Source: Promethearchaeota archaeon
Lineage (GTDB): Archaea > Asgardarchaeota > Lokiarchaeia > Sigyniarchaeales > SOKP01
Length of the DNA stretch: 64,000 nt
Reading direction: 5' to 3'
Assembly: GCA_048939995.1 (NCBI GenBank)
Contig: JBHLOY010000004.1
Span: 32,001-96,000, forward strand
Both the position numbers and the translations under genes were made by a program. The notes under the pieces are model-generated. The model was not told the DNA's origin. It saw only the letters and a program-made list of their open reading frames with translations, and did not search any database. Of this stretch, positions 61,095 through 64,000 are shown in pieces (position 1 is the first letter of the stretch; each line of letters starts with the position of its first letter).

Positions 61095-63461
61095 TCAATA
61101 AATATATAAGGACAATTTCTTATTCTGAACTCTTCGAATAATAAAATATAGAATTATGAATACAATACAAAAAACCAAAGAAAATAGCATGCTCCAAAGT
61201 GATATCAACCAAATTAGACAGATTCCTGTAAAGATTAAAATAATGTAACATAAAAAGAATGATTTTTTAGGGCGATTTTTTTCCCAGATAAATAACCAAC
61301 CTCCAAATATCACTCCGAGATCATAACCTATACTTAAAAAAGGTTTTAAATTACTATAATTCATTACTGCCAATGAAAAGGCTCCAAATAAACCCACAAT
61401 TAGAAATATCCAGACATTCTTTCGTTCTTTCTCTTCAAAAGCTGTTTTTTTAATATATTTAAACCCATTTCGATAAAGTGCCCAAAATACAAGAGCAGTA
61501 CTAAAAATTTTTAAGTAAAAGTGACCAAAAAATAGATCCAGATTCTCTAAAAAAGTAAGATCAAGATTATATCCAAAATTTACTAATAAATTCAGAAAAG
61601 ATTTAGGAATTGAAAATTCAAATATAAAATTAATTGAAGGAATTAGCTCAATTGATAAAAGGATCTTTACAGCTGCCCTTATAGACCATATTAGATATAA
61701 TATAACGAAGATGTCAAAATATTTATAAATTCGCCATCTAAAAACTATAACGGAAATTTTGAGATATCGAGATAATGTTGCAATAATACAAGCCCCAATT
61801 AGGAGATTAATTATTAAAGAACCAAGGAAAAAAAGCCATACTAAAAAATTTGAGGTTAGACTTACGATATTAACATTTATAAAGGTTATTGTTCCTATTA
61901 ACGCGATTAAACTAGCGTAGACTAAAGATTTAATGAATCCTATTCTCTTTCTTACTAATCTACGTTTCACACCTTTAATGAAATCTTCTTCCAATTTACA
62001 AGTTTCACTGAGCGACATCAAACGCTCATACTTTTCACCAGTTGCTTTTAAAGCTAAAGCTTTAAACTTTTCTGAGCCCTTCTTTCGTAGGGGGTTATTT
62101 TTTAAATTGATACTTTTAAGATTTAAAAGCTGGTTAAGAGAATCAGGTAAAGATATTAACTTATTATTTTCTAAATTTAGATTTTCAAGTAATTTTAAAT
62201 TTCCAATGGATTCTGGTATAGTTGTTAATTTATTATCATAGAGATCTAAAATTCTTAGTCCTTCTAAATTCCCAAAAGAGTTTGGTAAATATGTGAGGTT
62301 ACAAGAACTTAAATCCAATTTCCGTAAGGCTTTTAGTTTTCCAAAATTATCTGGTAATTCTTTTAAGTCTCCCTTAAAAAAGAAAGCTGGAGCTTCTAAA
62401 TTTAGATCTCGTAGATTAGCTAAATTACTAATAGAGGTTGGCAAACTTGAAATGGGATTATTTGCTAAGTTAAGAAATTTTAATAATTGAAGATTTCCAA
62501 TTGAATCAGGGATTAATACTAATTTATTATTTTCTAGATGTAACTGTACTAATTTATTCAGCTTTCCAAAATCTTCTGGTACAAATGATAAATCAGTCAG
62601 AGCTAAATCTAAGAACTCAATATTACGTAAGTTTAAGAGTACACTTGGAACTTTATTTAATGGATTACACCTCAAAGTTATTCTTTTTAGAAATTTGAAG
62701 TTTTCTAAAAAATCTGGAAGTGTTTTTAAATTACAATTGAATAATCCTATTCCAGTTATATTTCCATTTTTAACAGTAATACCAAAAGAATTATTATCAA
62801 TTCCAAATAATAAAGGAAAACCCTCTTTCTCAAGTTTGCTCAAGTTATAGATAACATATGGAATATAATTTTCGACTAAAAATTCTTCAATTCTTTCTAT
62901 ATTCTCAATTTCTTTAGACTCTAAATTATATTTTCTATATTTACTTTCAATACTATAATCAATCTTCTGATAATGACTCTTAATAATTTTTATCATCGAT
63001 AAGAAGGATTCACTCAGATTATTACCTGTTTTAGCTGATACAGAGAATTCAGGAAGACTATTGAATTGAGTTTTTATTGTATCCTTTTGTCTTATTAGGT
63101 CAGATTTAGTTGAAATTATGAAAATCGGAATATCAAATTCATAATTTGTCTTAACATATTCATACCATCTGGTTGCTGCTAATATAAAATCATTAATCGT
63201 TGATTGGATTACAATTATAACAGCATCAACAGATTTAAAGATTTTTTCTTTTATTTGATCTTTCTGAATTGTTAAACCTCCAGTATCCCAGAAAACAATA
63301 TTAATCTCTTTATCATTATTAAGCTGAACAACCTTTTTTATAATATTAAAACCTATTGTAGGATAATGGAATTCTGAAAATTCATTAAAGACAAATCTAT
63401 TTATTAGCGATGTTTTTCCAACTTGATAGTCTCCCAAAACAATAATTTTAAAGTTTCTCAA
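61095..63461 (-). CDS. Rab-like small GTPase + LRR + 7-8 TM fusion protein
   Basis: GDYQVGKT, PTIG, WDTGGL, TKSD, SAK; about 10 LRRs of about 23 aa; hydrophobic C-terminal third. Confidence 0.88.
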   Translation of the reverse strand: MRNFKIIVLGDYQVGKTSLINRFVFNEFSEFHYPTIGFNIIKKVVQLNNDKEINIVFWDTGGLTIQKDQIKEKIFKSVDAVIIVIQSTINDFILAATRWYEYVKTNYEFDIPIFIISTKSDLIRQKDTIKTQFNSLPEFSVSAKTGNNLSESFLSMIKIIKSHYQKIDYSIESKYRKYNLESKEIENIERIEEFLVENYIPYVIYNLSKLEKEGFPLLFGIDNNSFGITVKNGNITGIGLFNCNLKTLPDFLENFKFLKRITLRCNPLNKVPSVLLNLRNIEFLDLALTDLSFVPEDFGKLNKLVQLHLENNKLVLIPDSIGNLQLLKFLNLANNPISSLPTSISNLANLRDLNLEAPAFFFKGDLKELPDNFGKLKALRKLDLSSCNLTYLPNSFGNLEGLRILDLYDNKLTTIPESIGNLKLLENLNLENNKLISLPDSLNQLLNLKSINLKNNPLRKKGSEKFKALALKATGEKYERLMSLSETCKLEEDFIKGVKRRLVRKRIGFIKSLVYASLIALIGTITFINVNIVSLTSNFLVWLFFLGSLIINLLIGACIIATLSRYLKISVIVFRWRIYKYFDIFVILYLIWSIRAAVKILLSIELIPSINFIFEFSIPKSFLNLLVNFGYNLDLTFLENLDLFFGHFYLKIFSTALVFWALYRNGFKYIKKTAFEEKERKNVWIFLIVGLFGAFSLAVMNYSNLKPFLSIGYDLGVIFGGWLFIWEKNRPKKSFFLCYIILIFTGICLIWLISLWSMLFSLVFCIVFIILYFIIRRVQNKKLSLYIY

Positions 63462-63576
63462 ATAATTCCCTTTAAAGAATTTATAAGTGTTAGTAGATTT
63501 TCAGGAAAAATTATTCCATCAAATATCCTATATATTAGAACTTTATAAATTTAAAGAAATAGTGTGTTAGATTTTC

Positions 63577-63873
63577 TCAAGTCTCCTTTTTTAATAAATC
63601 TGTATATTCTCCATCCATTATTCTAGCAATATAACGTCTCCCTTTTATAATCCACATAATCTTATGACCTTCACGTGCCTTTTTGCCCCATTCTGATTTC
63701 TTCTTCCAATTTTGTTGAATATAACGATAACCAAAAAGATCTAAATATTTAATACCACTTGAGAATTTTTCAATAGGATATTCTATCTCATCAATAATAA
63801 CTTTTTTTTTCCCTTCGAATATAGCTTCATATATTATTAAAGCATTTTTCTTTATATCTTCCATTAATATCAC
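63577..63873 (-). CDS. Hypothetical basic protein
   Basis: Open frame with genome-typical composition; no family recognised. Confidence 0.6.
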   Translation of the reverse strand: MILMEDIKKNALIIYEAIFEGKKKVIIDEIEYPIEKFSSGIKYLDLFGYRYIQQNWKKKSEWGKKAREGHKIMWIIKGRRYIARIMDGEYTDLLKKET

Positions 63874-64000
63874 ATATTTGAATTTTAATGTAATAGAGAA
63901 AAGATAAAATTTAATGCTTACTATTGTCGCTTATTAGAATTTTATTAGGTATTAACTTTGAAAGATAACATAATTAACGACAAATGGATTTTAGAGAGAA

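Noticed and set aside
3883-62698. Many short ORF-track entries nested in or antisense to long genes (e.g. 3883, 4114, 7162, 10343, 29123, 37772, 61933)
   Set aside because: Shadow frames of well-supported genes, with no motifs
61095-63461. Roco (LRR-Roc-COR) protein
   Set aside because: GTPase precedes the LRRs and no COR domain is evident
1-64000. CRISPR arrays, tRNA/rRNA genes, transposases, integrases, proviral genes
   Set aside because: No regularly spaced repeats, cloverleafs or such ORFs seen by eye; short degenerate elements could be missed

Overview
AT-rich (roughly 30% G+C by eye), densely coded archaeal chromosome segment, most consistent with an Asgard archaeon (Lokiarchaeia-like). 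Support: archaeal uS10, an archaeal/eukaryote-type SRP RNA, GGTGA Shine-Dalgarno motifs, frequent TTG starts, and eukaryotic-signature-type proteins (longin-like, RING, Rab-like GTPase, LRR). Most of the window is metabolic or housekeeping: PepF, GuaA, two glutamate dehydrogenases, two Ldh2-type dehydrogenases, AOR, GlgP, MtnA, Dus, acyl-CoA ligase. No CRISPR array, tRNA, rRNA or transposase was seen. Strongest candidate for an undescribed system: an unannotated 51-codon ORF (11782-11937) with an in-frame TGA in a C-S-G-U-G (CxxU) motif, followed directly by a hairpin with eukaryotic SECIS geometry and a variant AGGA/GA core, i.e. a putative novel micro-selenoprotein. Other highlights: a Rab-like GTPase (catalytic Gln to Leu)-LRR-multi-TM fusion convergent with a HEAT-LRR gene; a Bud23/WBSCR22-like methyltransferase; an SRP RNA with a 7SL-like Alu domain; a CNOT4-spaced C4C4 RING; a nine-gene glycolipid/ether-lipid tailoring cluster; and two genes whose conserved N-termini lack any canonical start codon. 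All family calls come from motif recognition by eye, with no database search.
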